From: an uncultured Eubacteriales bacterium
GTDB lineage: Bacteria > Acidobacteriota > Aminicenantia > Aminicenantales > Aminicenantaceae
Direction: 5' to 3'
Assembly (NCBI GenBank): GCA_964346815.1
Contig: CAYFWF010000059.1
Location: forward strand, 10,896-74,895
DNA: 64,000 bases
Shown here: positions 35,524 to 45,855 of the stretch, piece after piece
Layout of the letters: each line of letters opens with the position of its first letter
How positions within the stretch are numbered: position 1 is the first letter of the stretch
The notes under the pieces: model-generated
Databases searched by the model: none
Told to the model about the DNA's origin: nothing
Seen by the model: the letters and a program-made list of their open reading frames with translations, nothing else
Position numbers and translations under genes: made by a program

Positions 35524-37614
35524 ATGAAGAAAAAAAATCTTATGACTCTGATTCCTCTTATAGGAATCCTTCTCCTTCTTCTTTCCGGTATTTTTTCCTG
35601 CAAAAGAACCGAAGATGCCTCTTCAAGATTAGAGCAACTGGGGACTCCAGTGGAGGAAGAAACCAAGGAAGAGCACGAAAAGCGCATGGCCTGGTGGAGG
35701 GAAGCCCGGTTCGGGCTGTTCATTCATTGGGGACTGTATGCGATCCCTGCTGGGGAATGGAAGGAAGAGACCAATCATGCCGAATGGATACTGACTACGG
35801 CTCAGATCCCGGTCAAAAATTATGAAAAGTTTACGCACCAATTTAATCCAGAAAAGTTCGATGCAAAGGAGTGGGTGGAAACGGCCAAAGATGCTGGCAT
35901 GAAATATATAGTTATAACAAGCAAGCATCATGACGGATTCTGTCTCTTCAAGTCCAGAATGACAGATTATGACGTAGTGGATGCCACTCCTTTCGGACGC
36001 GACGTCCTGAAAGAACTCGCGGAGGAATGTCACAGACAAAACATAAAGATCTGCTGGTACCATTCGATCATGGACTGGCATCATCCCGATTATCTCCCTC
36101 GGCGCAGTTGGGAAACACGCTCGGCTGAAGGAGCGGACTTCGATCGGTACGTGGACTATATGAAAGGACAGGTCAAAGAACTCCTGACCAATTACGGAGA
36201 GATCGGGGTGATGTGGTTTGATGGCGAGTGGGAACACACCTGGACGAAGGAAAGAGGAGAAGATCTGTATAAGTATGTCCGGTCAATCGCACCCGGAGTC
36301 ATCATCAACAACCGAGTAGGCAAGGGACGGGCAGGAATGACAGGGACTTATGATCCCGAGACAGCATCTGGAGACTTCGGCACTCCTGAACAGGAAATTC
36401 CTGACACAGGGCTCGCATATGACTGGGAAACCTGTATGACTATGAATGCCCACTGGGGATACAACAAAAACGATCGCAACTGGAAATCTGCGGAGGAATT
36501 GATCCAGAAGTTGGTGGACATTACAAGTAAGGGAGGAAATTTCCTGTTGAATGTCGGGCCCACTGCCGAAGGTTTGTTTCCGCAGCCGAGCGTGAAAAGG
36601 CTCAAAACCATGGGAGATTGGATGAGAACCAACGGTGAATGCATCTATGGAACCTCGGCGAGCCTTTTCGAAAAACTGAATTGGGGGCGGAGCACGACAA
36701 AGGGAAATGCACTCTTTTTGTGTGTGTTCGACTGGCCGGAAGATGGAAAGCTCTCTGTGCCTGGGTTGATCAGCAAGGCCCGAAAGGCCTATCTGCTCGC
36801 GGATCCCCAATCGGAATTAAGCCTGGACTATCAGAACGGAAGCGCAGTGATCTCTTTGCCGGAAGACCCGCCTGACCCGTACGTATCTGTCATCAGGCTG
36901 GAGTTTTCAGAGAAACCGGAAGTTGTCCGGTCTCCGCACATGAGCGCTGGAAGCGATATTTTTTATCAGGATCTGGAAGTGACGTTATACAGCAATCTCG
37001 AATCTGTGGAGCTCCGCTATACCCTTGACGGAAGCACTCCAAACATGAATTCGTTGATCTACCAGGATGCCCTTCAGATCGACGAAACGACCACCATCAA
37101 GGCCCAACTTTTCCGAAACGGTCAGGCCGTGAGTGATATGGTAGAGAGAACCTACCGAAAAGTCCCTCCACGACCCGCTCAGCAGGATACCGAAGGAAAG
37201 CCCGTGCTGACCTTTACTTATTATCATGGCCAATGGGATTACCTCCCTGACTATAAGAGCCTCAGCCCTGAGGCACAGGGCACAATAGAGACATTCGACA
37301 CCTCTCCAAAAACCCGAAAAGAATACTTTGCCTTCCAATTCAACGGCTTTATCAGGGTGCCCGAAACCGGCCTGTACACTTTCTACGTTTCATCCGATGA
37401 CGGAAGCCGTCTGTATATCGGAGACCAGCTCGTTGTCGATAATGACGGCCTGCATGGACCAGCCGAAGAAATGGGCCAGATTATCCTCGAGAGGGGCCTC
37501 CATCCCATTCGCGTTGATTTTTTCCAAGCAAGCGGGGGTGAAGAACTTCGGGTCTCTTATTCCGGACCTGGCATCAACAAACAGACGGTCCCTTCTGCAG
37601 TTCTCTCCCATTGA
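35524..37614 (+). CDS. alpha-L-fucosidase (GH29) with C-terminal PA14 domain, lipoprotein
   Basis: A lipobox is present (LLSGIFSC). The GH29 blocks are WWREARFGLFIHWGLYAIPAGEW and KYIVITSKHHDGFCLF. The PA14-like block is FQFNGFIRVPETGLYTFYVSSDDGSRLYIGDQLVVDNDGLHG. Confidence 0.85.
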   Translation: MKKKNLMTLIPLIGILLLLLSGIFSCKRTEDASSRLEQLGTPVEEETKEEHEKRMAWWREARFGLFIHWGLYAIPAGEWKEETNHAEWILTTAQIPVKNYEKFTHQFNPEKFDAKEWVETAKDAGMKYIVITSKHHDGFCLFKSRMTDYDVVDATPFGRDVLKELAEECHRQNIKICWYHSIMDWHHPDYLPRRSWETRSAEGADFDRYVDYMKGQVKELLTNYGEIGVMWFDGEWEHTWTKERGEDLYKYVRSIAPGVIINNRVGKGRAGMTGTYDPETASGDFGTPEQEIPDTGLAYDWETCMTMNAHWGYNKNDRNWKSAEELIQKLVDITSKGGNFLLNVGPTAEGLFPQPSVKRLKTMGDWMRTNGECIYGTSASLFEKLNWGRSTTKGNALFLCVFDWPEDGKLSVPGLISKARKAYLLADPQSELSLDYQNGSAVISLPEDPPDPYVSVIRLEFSEKPEVVRSPHMSAGSDIFYQDLEVTLYSNLESVELRYTLDGSTPNMNSLIYQDALQIDETTTIKAQLFRNGQAVSDMVERTYRKVPPRPAQQDTEGKPVLTFTYYHGQWDYLPDYKSLSPEAQGTIETFDTSPKTRKEYFAFQFNGFIRVPETGLYTFYVSSDDGSRLYIGDQLVVDNDGLHGPAEEMGQIILERGLHPIRVDFFQASGGEELRVSYSGPGINKQTVPSAVLSH

Positions 37615-37765
37615 CCTTCCCCGGCAAACAGAACGAATGGCTTCCTGTCCTTTCTGATAACTCAGAAACCCTCAACATGAATCATCCAATTCATCGGAGG
37701 AAATGACAATGTGTGTTTTTATCCCCCAAAAAAGGATATAATCAAAAAAGGAGTGATTTGATCTC

Positions 37766-39721
37766 ATGCTGTCGGTCGAGTACAATCTCAAAAGAATGAG
37801 CCGGATGAAAATAGGGATGCTGCTTATAAGCGGCCTTTTGCTTTCGATCTGTTGTCGGACCTCTCCTCCTCCGGAGCAGAAACTCTACCGTTTCATCGAC
37901 CATTTAGAGGAAGAGAACGTTGCCTTCTCTCCGATGATTGACACCGCCGAAAACCCAGAAGAAAAAGTCCCCCTGTTTCCTGTGAAATCCTATCCTGTTT
38001 TAGACATGGGATCAGGTCGCAATCCATTCGGCATAAAAAGAAAGCTGAATATAAGGGCAGAAGACAGCAACGTTCTATTTGCGCCACCGAAGAGCCGGTA
38101 CGTATTCGCTCTTCACATCCCTGAAGATTCAGTTCTGGAACTCGGGACAGGAATCGTCAAAGGTCAAAAATCGACACCCACCGTTTTCACCGTAGAAATC
38201 GACATCAAAGGACGCAAAGAAATTCTTCTCCAAAAAACACACGCTTTCTCCAGGGATGACCAAAAAATGGTTTACCAACCGCACACAATCGATATGTCCT
38301 CTTTCCGTGGACAAGCAAAAATTGCGTTCACCACAGCCGGAGAAGATCCTGACTATTCATTCTGGCTGAATCCAATTCTCTACCCTAAGAAAAAAGAAGG
38401 GACCAACATCATCCTGATTTCCATAGACACACTCAGGGCTGACCACCTGGGATGTTATGGGTATCAAAGAGCAACCAGTCCGGCCATCGATTCCCTGGCT
38501 GAGGACGGCTCTCTTTTTTGGAACACCTTCAGCTCTTCACCATGGACCTTGCCTGCGCATGTTTCGCTCTTGACGTCTCTCCACTGTCTTCACCACCAGG
38601 TCAATTACGAATATGACAAGATGGATAACTCCATTCCCACACTGGCTGACGTATTGAGACAAAAATATTTCTATTGCTCTGCGTACACCGGGGGAGGTTT
38701 TGTCAACTCAGCATACGGATTTTCTAAGGGATTCGATTCCTACGGGCAGTCTTCACAGGGAATACACCAGAAGGACGCCTCAGAGTGGATCGGGCGTTCT
38801 GTGCTGAAATGGATCGATCACCACAAGGATAAAGATTTTTTCCTCTTTATTCATACCTACCAGCCTCACAATCCTTTCTCCTGTCCATCACCCTACAATA
38901 CGATGTTTTTAAAAGAAAATGCCGAATGGAGGGAAATCGATATTCTTAAATATCTCGGGGGTAAAGAAGGTGTTTTCAAAAATATCCCCGAAAGAGAAAT
39001 CGATAACATCATCAGTCTCTATGATGCGGAAATTCGGTACACTGATGACATGCTGATCGAACCACTGATGAATAAGTTAAGGGAGACCGGGCTCTACGAC
39101 CGATCGCTGATCATCCTGACCAGCGATCACGGAGAAGAATTTTACGATCATCAGGGATGGGAACACGGCCACACTCTCTACAATGAACTCCTGAAAGTCC
39201 CCCTTATCATCAAGTTTCCTGGCTCAGAATTCGCCGGAACACAAATCCGAACCATCGTGCGGTTGATTGACATCATGCCCACAGTGCTGGATAAATTGGG
39301 GATAAGCGAAAAGTATTCAAAACTCGACGGAGAAAGCCTGATGCCTCTCCTCTTAAATAAAGAAACAAGGGACAGGAGATTCCTTGCGTACAAGGCTGAC
39401 AACATCTTGAAATCAAATATACCGCAAAAAATATCAATGAACGAGGGAACAGATAAACTCATTTTGAACAAAAAATTTACCGATGAGCAGCTCCATTTTT
39501 TTGATTCGCCCCCTCCAGTTTTATCTCCGATCGAACTTTATAACCTTGATGAAAGCTCTTTCGAGAAACACAATATTGCAGATAATAGGGTGCAAACATC
39601 CAACCGCTTGATCCGTCTCATCAATGAGGCCCTCGCTCAAGCAACGAAGCGAAAGTCCGACAGGGTGGAAATGGATGAGGCCCTGTTGGAGCAGCTCAAG
39701 GCGCTCGGCTACCTGCGCTAA
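37766..39721 (+). CDS. membrane-anchored sulfatase-fold (AP superfamily) protein with Thr nucleophile (T-L-P-A-H)
   Basis: An N-terminal hydrophobic anchor is followed by a domain of about 200 aa with unknown function. The fold blocks are IILISIDTLRADHLGCYGY, SPWTLPAHVSLLT and LTSDHGEEF. The C-terminus is EQLKALGYLR. Confidence 0.75.
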   Translation: MLSVEYNLKRMSRMKIGMLLISGLLLSICCRTSPPPEQKLYRFIDHLEEENVAFSPMIDTAENPEEKVPLFPVKSYPVLDMGSGRNPFGIKRKLNIRAEDSNVLFAPPKSRYVFALHIPEDSVLELGTGIVKGQKSTPTVFTVEIDIKGRKEILLQKTHAFSRDDQKMVYQPHTIDMSSFRGQAKIAFTTAGEDPDYSFWLNPILYPKKKEGTNIILISIDTLRADHLGCYGYQRATSPAIDSLAEDGSLFWNTFSSSPWTLPAHVSLLTSLHCLHHQVNYEYDKMDNSIPTLADVLRQKYFYCSAYTGGGFVNSAYGFSKGFDSYGQSSQGIHQKDASEWIGRSVLKWIDHHKDKDFFLFIHTYQPHNPFSCPSPYNTMFLKENAEWREIDILKYLGGKEGVFKNIPEREIDNIISLYDAEIRYTDDMLIEPLMNKLRETGLYDRSLIILTSDHGEEFYDHQGWEHGHTLYNELLKVPLIIKFPGSEFAGTQIRTIVRLIDIMPTVLDKLGISEKYSKLDGESLMPLLLNKETRDRRFLAYKADNILKSNIPQKISMNEGTDKLILNKKFTDEQLHFFDSPPPVLSPIELYNLDESSFEKHNIADNRVQTSNRLIRLINEALAQATKRKSDRVEMDEALLEQLKALGYLR

Positions 39722-39834
39722 AAATTTTAGAAAAGACGCCTGTAAAGGATTGCCATCGAGCCCGCAGACCTCTTCCTCAGGAAGCCGCATTCAGAAGAAA
39801 TGCCCGCGCAGCTTGGCTGACTGCCCTTAAAAAT

Positions 39835-41694
39835 ATGAGGCAAATATGCTATAAGAGCTTTATGAAAAGCAAACGTATCCCGGGTGAGTTTGCTCTCTCA
39901 CTCATCTGCATGCTATTCCTCCTCTTCCTCTCTAATCTCTCCTGTAAAAAGAGCAGCGGAGTTCATCACGTTTCTGCTCAGATCGAGGAACCAACCGATC
40001 CTTCCCTCCTCAGTGCAAATGATATCAAAACCCACCCGGCTTATCAGTCCACGTATTTCACAACCGAGGCAACAACGCTAAAAGGCCATGCCATAATTCT
40101 GGACTCAGGAATCAAAAAGATAACCTATCTCCCAAAAAAGGAGGGGGATTTCCAGCTCCACTTAGAATTGTTCGCCAAAATCAAGGATCAAACAATCCTT
40201 CGGCTTTACCAAAACAGCTCCCTCCTTGTGGATAAACTCCTGTCAAAGAGTCAGCACACCACACTCCTGACAGATCTCTCTTTGTCGAAATCGGACAAAA
40301 TCACTCTTTCGGTAAAGGGGAAAGGAGCACTCGTTGTCGGCGATCTGGTTCTTTCCCAGAAAACAGCCCAAGAGGAAAGAAATTATGTCTTTTTGATTTG
40401 TGCGGATACGCTGCGTGCAGACCATCTCCAAACCTACGGATACCAAAAAGAAACATCTCCCTTTCTTGACAAATTCGCCCAGGACAGCATTGTATTTTAT
40501 AATGCTTATGCCCAAGCACCCTGGACGCTTCCCTCTCATATGTCACTTTTCACAGCCCTTTACGAATTCAACCATGGGATAAAACGGGGGACCATCATCT
40601 CTCCAAATATTCATTATCTGGTTGAAGAATTGGCTCAAAAATTTTCAACTCGAAGCTTTAACGGCGGAATCTATGTCTCTTCGAATTTTGGTTTTTTCCG
40701 TGGTTTCGATCTCTTCAAGAGCATTCCTCACGATCAGTATTCTCCCGAGGCAACGAGGAAACTCTTCAATTTGGCCAGAAATGATCTTAATAAAACCAGC
40801 TTTCTCCATGCTTTCTATTTTCTGCACACCTACCAAACCCACAGTCCCTATAATCCTCCTCTGAATCATCTCAAACGGTTTAATCCGGCTCCCAAATATA
40901 CCTATCTCTCAGCCCCGACCGTAGGTTCCAACCATAAGGAACAGTACAAGCAACTCCCCCAAGAAATGGTCGACGCTTACATCGATCTTTATGACGCAGA
41001 AATCTTTGTCTTTGATCTATGGTTCGGCAGATTTCTTGATTATTTAAAGAAACAAAATATCTACGACAACTCCATGATCATATTCATGTCTGACCACGGT
41101 GAAGAATTTTTCGATCATGCAGGATGGGGGCACACCCATTCCCTTTACAATGAACTCATCCGCGTCCCGCTCATCATTAAATTGCCCCAAAACCGGTTCC
41201 AAGGCACACGGCTCGAAACCGAAGTGGGATTGATCGATATCATGCCTTTTATTCTCAATTACTACGATATCCCTTTTGACGAGAAGGCCGTAGACGGAAA
41301 AGACTTGATGCCGGTCATAAGAGGCAAGGGGCGGAATCGGATTCTGATATCCTCCCTGACCAGCGGCTTCTATATTCCGAGCCTGCCTTTTAAAATTTCA
41401 AGGATTGAAAACCATCGAAAAATCATATTCAATCTGCCGTATACAGAAGAAACCCTCGCTTTTTTCCGCACTCCCCCTCCTCCCTATCATCAGTTTGAAT
41501 ATTATAACCTGCTCCAAGATCCTAGAGAAAAGACAAATATTTATGAATCTCGGATTGCTGAAATCAGAAAATACAGAGAGTTATTTGAAATCATCGTCCA
41601 GAAGGGAAGGAACAATCTCGAAAGCAAAGATAAGCCAGTGGAGTTTGATAAAAATCTCATAGAAGCATTGAAGTCTTTGGGATACGTGCATTAA
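39835..41694 (+). CDS. membrane-anchored sulfatase-fold (AP superfamily) protein with Thr nucleophile (T-L-P-S-H), paralog of 37766
   Basis: The fold blocks are VFLICADTLRADHLQTYGY, APWTLPSHMSLFT and MSDHGEEF. The C-terminus is EALKSLGYVH. The start may instead be the ATG at 39862. Confidence 0.75.
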   Translation: MRQICYKSFMKSKRIPGEFALSLICMLFLLFLSNLSCKKSSGVHHVSAQIEEPTDPSLLSANDIKTHPAYQSTYFTTEATTLKGHAIILDSGIKKITYLPKKEGDFQLHLELFAKIKDQTILRLYQNSSLLVDKLLSKSQHTTLLTDLSLSKSDKITLSVKGKGALVVGDLVLSQKTAQEERNYVFLICADTLRADHLQTYGYQKETSPFLDKFAQDSIVFYNAYAQAPWTLPSHMSLFTALYEFNHGIKRGTIISPNIHYLVEELAQKFSTRSFNGGIYVSSNFGFFRGFDLFKSIPHDQYSPEATRKLFNLARNDLNKTSFLHAFYFLHTYQTHSPYNPPLNHLKRFNPAPKYTYLSAPTVGSNHKEQYKQLPQEMVDAYIDLYDAEIFVFDLWFGRFLDYLKKQNIYDNSMIIFMSDHGEEFFDHAGWGHTHSLYNELIRVPLIIKLPQNRFQGTRLETEVGLIDIMPFILNYYDIPFDEKAVDGKDLMPVIRGKGRNRILISSLTSGFYIPSLPFKISRIENHRKIIFNLPYTEETLAFFRTPPPPYHQFEYYNLLQDPREKTNIYESRIAEIRKYRELFEIIVQKGRNNLESKDKPVEFDKNLIEALKSLGYVH

Positions 41695-44228
41695 TCTTCA
41701 ATCCCCTTTTTCAAGAACGGCACGACAAACGAGGACGAATCTTCCCTGTACACTTTCAACCTTTCCAATACTACGCCGGTATTGGGAAAGTGGATATTTC
41801 CGCGGGAGTCCTTTGCCAGTAGTAGTGACTTATGCTTTGTGTCGAAACGCAAGGTTTTTTCCTCTCTTACCGAAACCGTCAGATTGTTCTCACCAGGCAT
41901 GAGAAGATGGCCTGTGCCGTTCACATAAACGACTTGCTCATAGCGATTTGTCCATATGGTCGTATGGAAATTGAAAAAGGAATACAGTTCACATTCTACG
42001 GTATGGATGGAAGGATCTAAAACCGTCATTTCCAACTGCTCAAGAGGAAGGCCTCTGACGCTCTGTCTCTCCTCGTCTCTCATCGGAGTAAAAACAAGGG
42101 AGTCCCGCACATCCGAAATGATCAATTGCTTTTCCTGGAAGTCCTTGCCAATATCTATCTCCCCGAAGTCAAATATCGGCATGTTTAAAAAATAGATATA
42201 TTTCTCGTATGTTCCTCCTTGGACAGCCAGGAACTCTGGAAAAGCGAATGTCGTGTTCTCTCTTGAAAAATCGAGCGGAAAGCTGATTCGGTGACTGCCT
42301 TTTTTCAAAACATAACGCCAGTCTCTCAAATCTCTCATGCTGAATTTCTCATCCTTTACTTCGTTGAGAAGAGGGTTGAAAATTCGGATATGGCCGTTTT
42401 GGATTAGGGGTTCTGGAATGTCTGCAAGTTTCTCCTTGAAAAATAAAAAAAGATTCCTTTTTTTGGACAGGTATCTGTTTTCTAAATTTGATTTGAAAAG
42501 CTCATAAAAAACAGGGGATAAATCGATGGAAAAATTGGAGTAAAGCGTGTACCTTCCTGGAGGGATATCGTCTCTCTCGTATGTAACACCAAAATCATCC
42601 AAGAGCAGATCGGCCGGCTCTGACTTTGAAGAAGGAGCGAGAAACGCCTTGGATGTCCTCCCCCAGAGATCTCCGAGTTTCAATGCTGCGGGATAATACT
42701 TGGAAAAGGTGAATATTCCTGCAGGCCGTCCGGCCGATGGAGCGGTAATCAAGAGTTTGTCCTTTTTAACAAACGGGTCTAACCGCATGACATCCCAATA
42801 ATTCCCGAGAATAACCTTTGGACCTGTCTTATCCAAGGCAGCGATTTCCTGTTTGTTTTTTCTGTGAATTTCTCTCAATTCCGGGAAACGGATCCCTGTT
42901 TTCCAAACGCTCACGCTTACAAACACAAGCAAAAAAAAGACTCTGGCCCCTTTTCTCTGGAATATTTTCATCTCTTGGAGGGCCTGGATGATTAGAACAA
43001 GAGGAAAGAGCGAATACACCCGGTAGTGGATCAGATAGCGTGGGGTGGGAGGATACCCTGAGAGAAACAGGAAAACCAAACTTCCGAGGAAAAAAATCAG
43101 AAGATAGGTCTTTTTAAAATCCTTCTCCCTAAAAAAAAGAAACAATATGTAACCAAAGCTGAGCACAAACAATAAAAATATACAGAACGAAACGGCTGTG
43201 TTTACATCGAGGTCGAAAAAGATGCTTTCGAACATTTTGGCAAAAGAAGCGAGGTCAAAAATTTTCGAATCGTCCAGCGTGCGAGGTGAAAAAATAAGAA
43301 ATTTTGTGTTTATAAAGTAATTATTGATCTCGGCCAAAATGTGGGGAAAATTTCCCACACAAAAACCCGCGGCAAGAGATCCGCTCGATCGTAGAATCAT
43401 CTGGATTTTTGTTCGAACCAGAAGATACCCAACAAGCCAACCGAATGCGATGAGAATGAAACCGATAGAAGGGAGATACATCCAGTAGAGAATCCCTCCA
43501 ATGACTCCGATCAGGAAAAAACATCTTTTCTTTTCGAATATGACCCCATAGACAAGGTACAGCAGGAGGAATTCAAAAAAAATGATGAACGGGATTCCCC
43601 GCACCATATCACTGGTAAACAGATTCATGCCAGCGAGAGGAAGAGACAGAACAACGATGGGATAGAAAAAAGATCTTATGCCTGTGACTCTGCCGATCAG
43701 CAGAGCCGCAAAAGAAATAAAAAGAGCATACACCAAAAAATTCGCTGCCAGTACAGACAGATTCAATTGAGGCAAAAGTTTATAGAGAAAAGCATACAGA
43801 TAGGCGGGAAGGCTTCCCTGATAGAATTGGCCATAGAAATAAATCGGAAAGCTGTCTCCCTGGGCGATATTTTTGACCATCAGAAGAGTAACAGATTTGT
43901 CTGCATTGAGAAGGGTTAAATGATAGACGAGATAGGGAAGCCTGGTGAGGAGAACGAGGATAAACGTGGCAAAAAAATAAAAGACATACGTTTTCGTTCG
44001 GTTAGAAAAGGCCGATTTCCATTTTTGTCTCTTCAGGACAACAAGGGCCGCAAACAGCGCGACCAGAAGGGCCGACAATTCATTCCTGATATGGGAGAGA
44101 GAAGGACGAAACCGGGGAAGGGAGGGGGAGAAAAAAGAATAGACAAAAACCAAGAAAGTAAGAATAAAAAGGAGTGGAATGAGTCTTTCAAAAACGTTTT
44201 TCTGTTTAAAAAACGCATTTCCTATCAT
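41691..44228 (-). CDS. large polytopic membrane protein with C-terminal soluble domain; possible GT-C (ArnT/PMT-like) glycosyltransferase
   Basis: The product is 845 aa. About 12 or more hydrophobic helices lie in the first 450 aa, followed by a non-membrane domain of about 390 aa. I identified no catalytic motif with confidence, so the GT-C call is inferred from topology and gene context. Confidence 0.45.
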   Translation of the reverse strand: MIGNAFFKQKNVFERLIPLLFILTFLVFVYSFFSPSLPRFRPSLSHIRNELSALLVALFAALVVLKRQKWKSAFSNRTKTYVFYFFATFILVLLTRLPYLVYHLTLLNADKSVTLLMVKNIAQGDSFPIYFYGQFYQGSLPAYLYAFLYKLLPQLNLSVLAANFLVYALFISFAALLIGRVTGIRSFFYPIVVLSLPLAGMNLFTSDMVRGIPFIIFFEFLLLYLVYGVIFEKKRCFFLIGVIGGILYWMYLPSIGFILIAFGWLVGYLLVRTKIQMILRSSGSLAAGFCVGNFPHILAEINNYFINTKFLIFSPRTLDDSKIFDLASFAKMFESIFFDLDVNTAVSFCIFLLFVLSFGYILFLFFREKDFKKTYLLIFFLGSLVFLFLSGYPPTPRYLIHYRVYSLFPLVLIIQALQEMKIFQRKGARVFFLLVFVSVSVWKTGIRFPELREIHRKNKQEIAALDKTGPKVILGNYWDVMRLDPFVKKDKLLITAPSAGRPAGIFTFSKYYPAALKLGDLWGRTSKAFLAPSSKSEPADLLLDDFGVTYERDDIPPGRYTLYSNFSIDLSPVFYELFKSNLENRYLSKKRNLFLFFKEKLADIPEPLIQNGHIRIFNPLLNEVKDEKFSMRDLRDWRYVLKKGSHRISFPLDFSRENTTFAFPEFLAVQGGTYEKYIYFLNMPIFDFGEIDIGKDFQEKQLIISDVRDSLVFTPMRDEERQSVRGLPLEQLEMTVLDPSIHTVECELYSFFNFHTTIWTNRYEQVVYVNGTGHLLMPGENNLTVSVREEKTLRFDTKHKSLLLAKDSRGNIHFPNTGVVLERLKVYREDSSSFVVPFLKKGIED

Positions 44229-44421
44229 AAATCTTGGACAAACTCGAGAATTGTCCCCGTCAATTCTAACCGTTTCTGCCTTTTGCGGTCAATAAATCCG
44301 GAGTATCGCCTACTCAAAACCGCCCCATTTCGTACGTACAGTCACTTTATTGAAGAACGGCTGTCAGCAGGAGGGATCTAAACGAAACTCGGCAAGGACT
44401 ACCGATACTGCATCCCTTCTA

Positions 44422-45855
44422 TCATTGGATGGTGAGAGTCGCTGCCTCTCCGACGATATCTTGATCGTCAACCGCAACCAGCTCATAGGTGTAGGTCTTG
44501 TTGGGAGTGGCGAATCGCCTGTAATACTCGAATGTGTTTGCATCGATCTCGCCGACAAGAAGACGGTTGATGCCGTCAATCTCGTACAGCTTGTATTTAA
44601 CGATATTTTCGTTTTCCGGATTCGGCTGCCAGGTAAGATGGTGGATCTGTTCCCGGTAGAAAAGTGTTCTGTTTTCCAGGACTTGACCAGTGAAATTTTG
44701 CGGGGCCTTGACCGGCTGGAGGGCTTGAACCCTTTCGTACCAGATTTCACGATTAGTGCCGATCCCTCCGCCGTCTTCCCAAACAACATGCATCACATAG
44801 TTTTCGTCGATCCATACCCCAGGATGTCCGGCTCCCTCTTTGGCAGGAGAAACCTGGACGGGCAGCTCCCAGTCTTCGCCATCCTTTTTGACCGCATAAT
44901 AGAGAGTATCCTTGTTGTTATCTGTCTGAGTAAAGACCGTTGTTAATGAAGGGCTGAGGTAGCAGAGCTCAGACATCTGCAGAGGAGCATTTCCGCTCGA
45001 TATGATCTTTTTAGCTTTCCAGTTCTCTCCTTGCTTCTCTCTATAATAAAGGTTCCCATCTTCATCGCTCCAAACGATATGCACGTTGTTATCCTTGTCG
45101 ACTTCCAACTCGGGATAATATGCGGAGGGAGCCACCGTGGTCTCCTTGAAAGGCCTCCAATAGATTCCCCTATCCCCCTCCTTGTAATAGAGTTTCCAGG
45201 GGGCTGCAAACGGACTTCCCTGCATGTAGCAACAGTATATCCTGTTGTCCTTGACTTTAAAGTCGGGATTTTTGCTTGCCTCATTCGCATTCCAGGAGAT
45301 GCGTTCGTAGAGGCTGAGCCATGAAGTCTCGGTGTCTTTCTTATATTGCATGACAATATCCGACCCGCTGTAGGGGGGAGAGTTTTGATGCATCCATAAA
45401 ATATGGATCATATCGTTTTCTATATCGATTCTGGTCCATTCAGAGTTGTCTTCGCTCAGCCAAATCATCGTGGCATTCGACCATCCTGTCCCCGGTGAGT
45501 AGACGGCATGATAGATTTCTCTGTCCATAACCGAAGAACCATCCGCATAACAGAGATGAAAGTTTCCTTTAGAGTCCACATCGAGCTGAGGAGTGTATGC
45601 CTCAGATTTTGTTATGCCTGTATTTTTTGGGCCCGACCACTGGCTGTTTTCAAAGACGTTGTAATAAAGGTTACCGCTTTCGGCATTCTTCTGGGTGTTT
45701 TCGCACCAAACGACGAGAACGATCCCGTTCTGGTTCACGGCAACCGTGGGACGGACAGATTCGTTTGATGATTTGGAAAGGTTTTCCTCGCCGTGTATAG
45801 CGGAGACCATACAGATCGAAAGGAGGAAAACCATAAGGTACTTTTTTCCTTTCAT
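44422..45855 (-). CDS. secreted repeat protein (beta-propeller-like W/Y-rich repeats) with C-terminal fibronectin-III-like domain
   Basis: A signal peptide is present. Blocks of about 45 aa recur (hhhVW...G.LYY...W). The C-terminal 100 aa or so resemble FN3 (LTWQPNP...YKLYEIDG...YTYELVAVD). AGGGAG precedes the ATG. Confidence 0.55.
   Translation of the reverse strand: MKGKKYLMVFLLSICMVSAIHGEENLSKSSNESVRPTVAVNQNGIVLVVWCENTQKNAESGNLYYNVFENSQWSGPKNTGITKSEAYTPQLDVDSKGNFHLCYADGSSVMDREIYHAVYSPGTGWSNATMIWLSEDNSEWTRIDIENDMIHILWMHQNSPPYSGSDIVMQYKKDTETSWLSLYERISWNANEASKNPDFKVKDNRIYCCYMQGSPFAAPWKLYYKEGDRGIYWRPFKETTVAPSAYYPELEVDKDNNVHIVWSDEDGNLYYREKQGENWKAKKIISSGNAPLQMSELCYLSPSLTTVFTQTDNNKDTLYYAVKKDGEDWELPVQVSPAKEGAGHPGVWIDENYVMHVVWEDGGGIGTNREIWYERVQALQPVKAPQNFTGQVLENRTLFYREQIHHLTWQPNPENENIVKYKLYEIDGINRLLVGEIDANTFEYYRRFATPNKTYTYELVAVDDQDIVGEAATLTIQ

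Noticed and set aside
31534-41694. Annotating the three sulfatase-fold proteins as arylsulfatases.
   Set aside because: The C/S-x-P-x-R formylglycine motif is replaced by T-x-x-x-(L/H) in all three, and I saw no anaerobic sulfatase-maturase or FGE gene in the window. They are better described as Thr-nucleophile AP-superfamily enzymes of unknown specificity.
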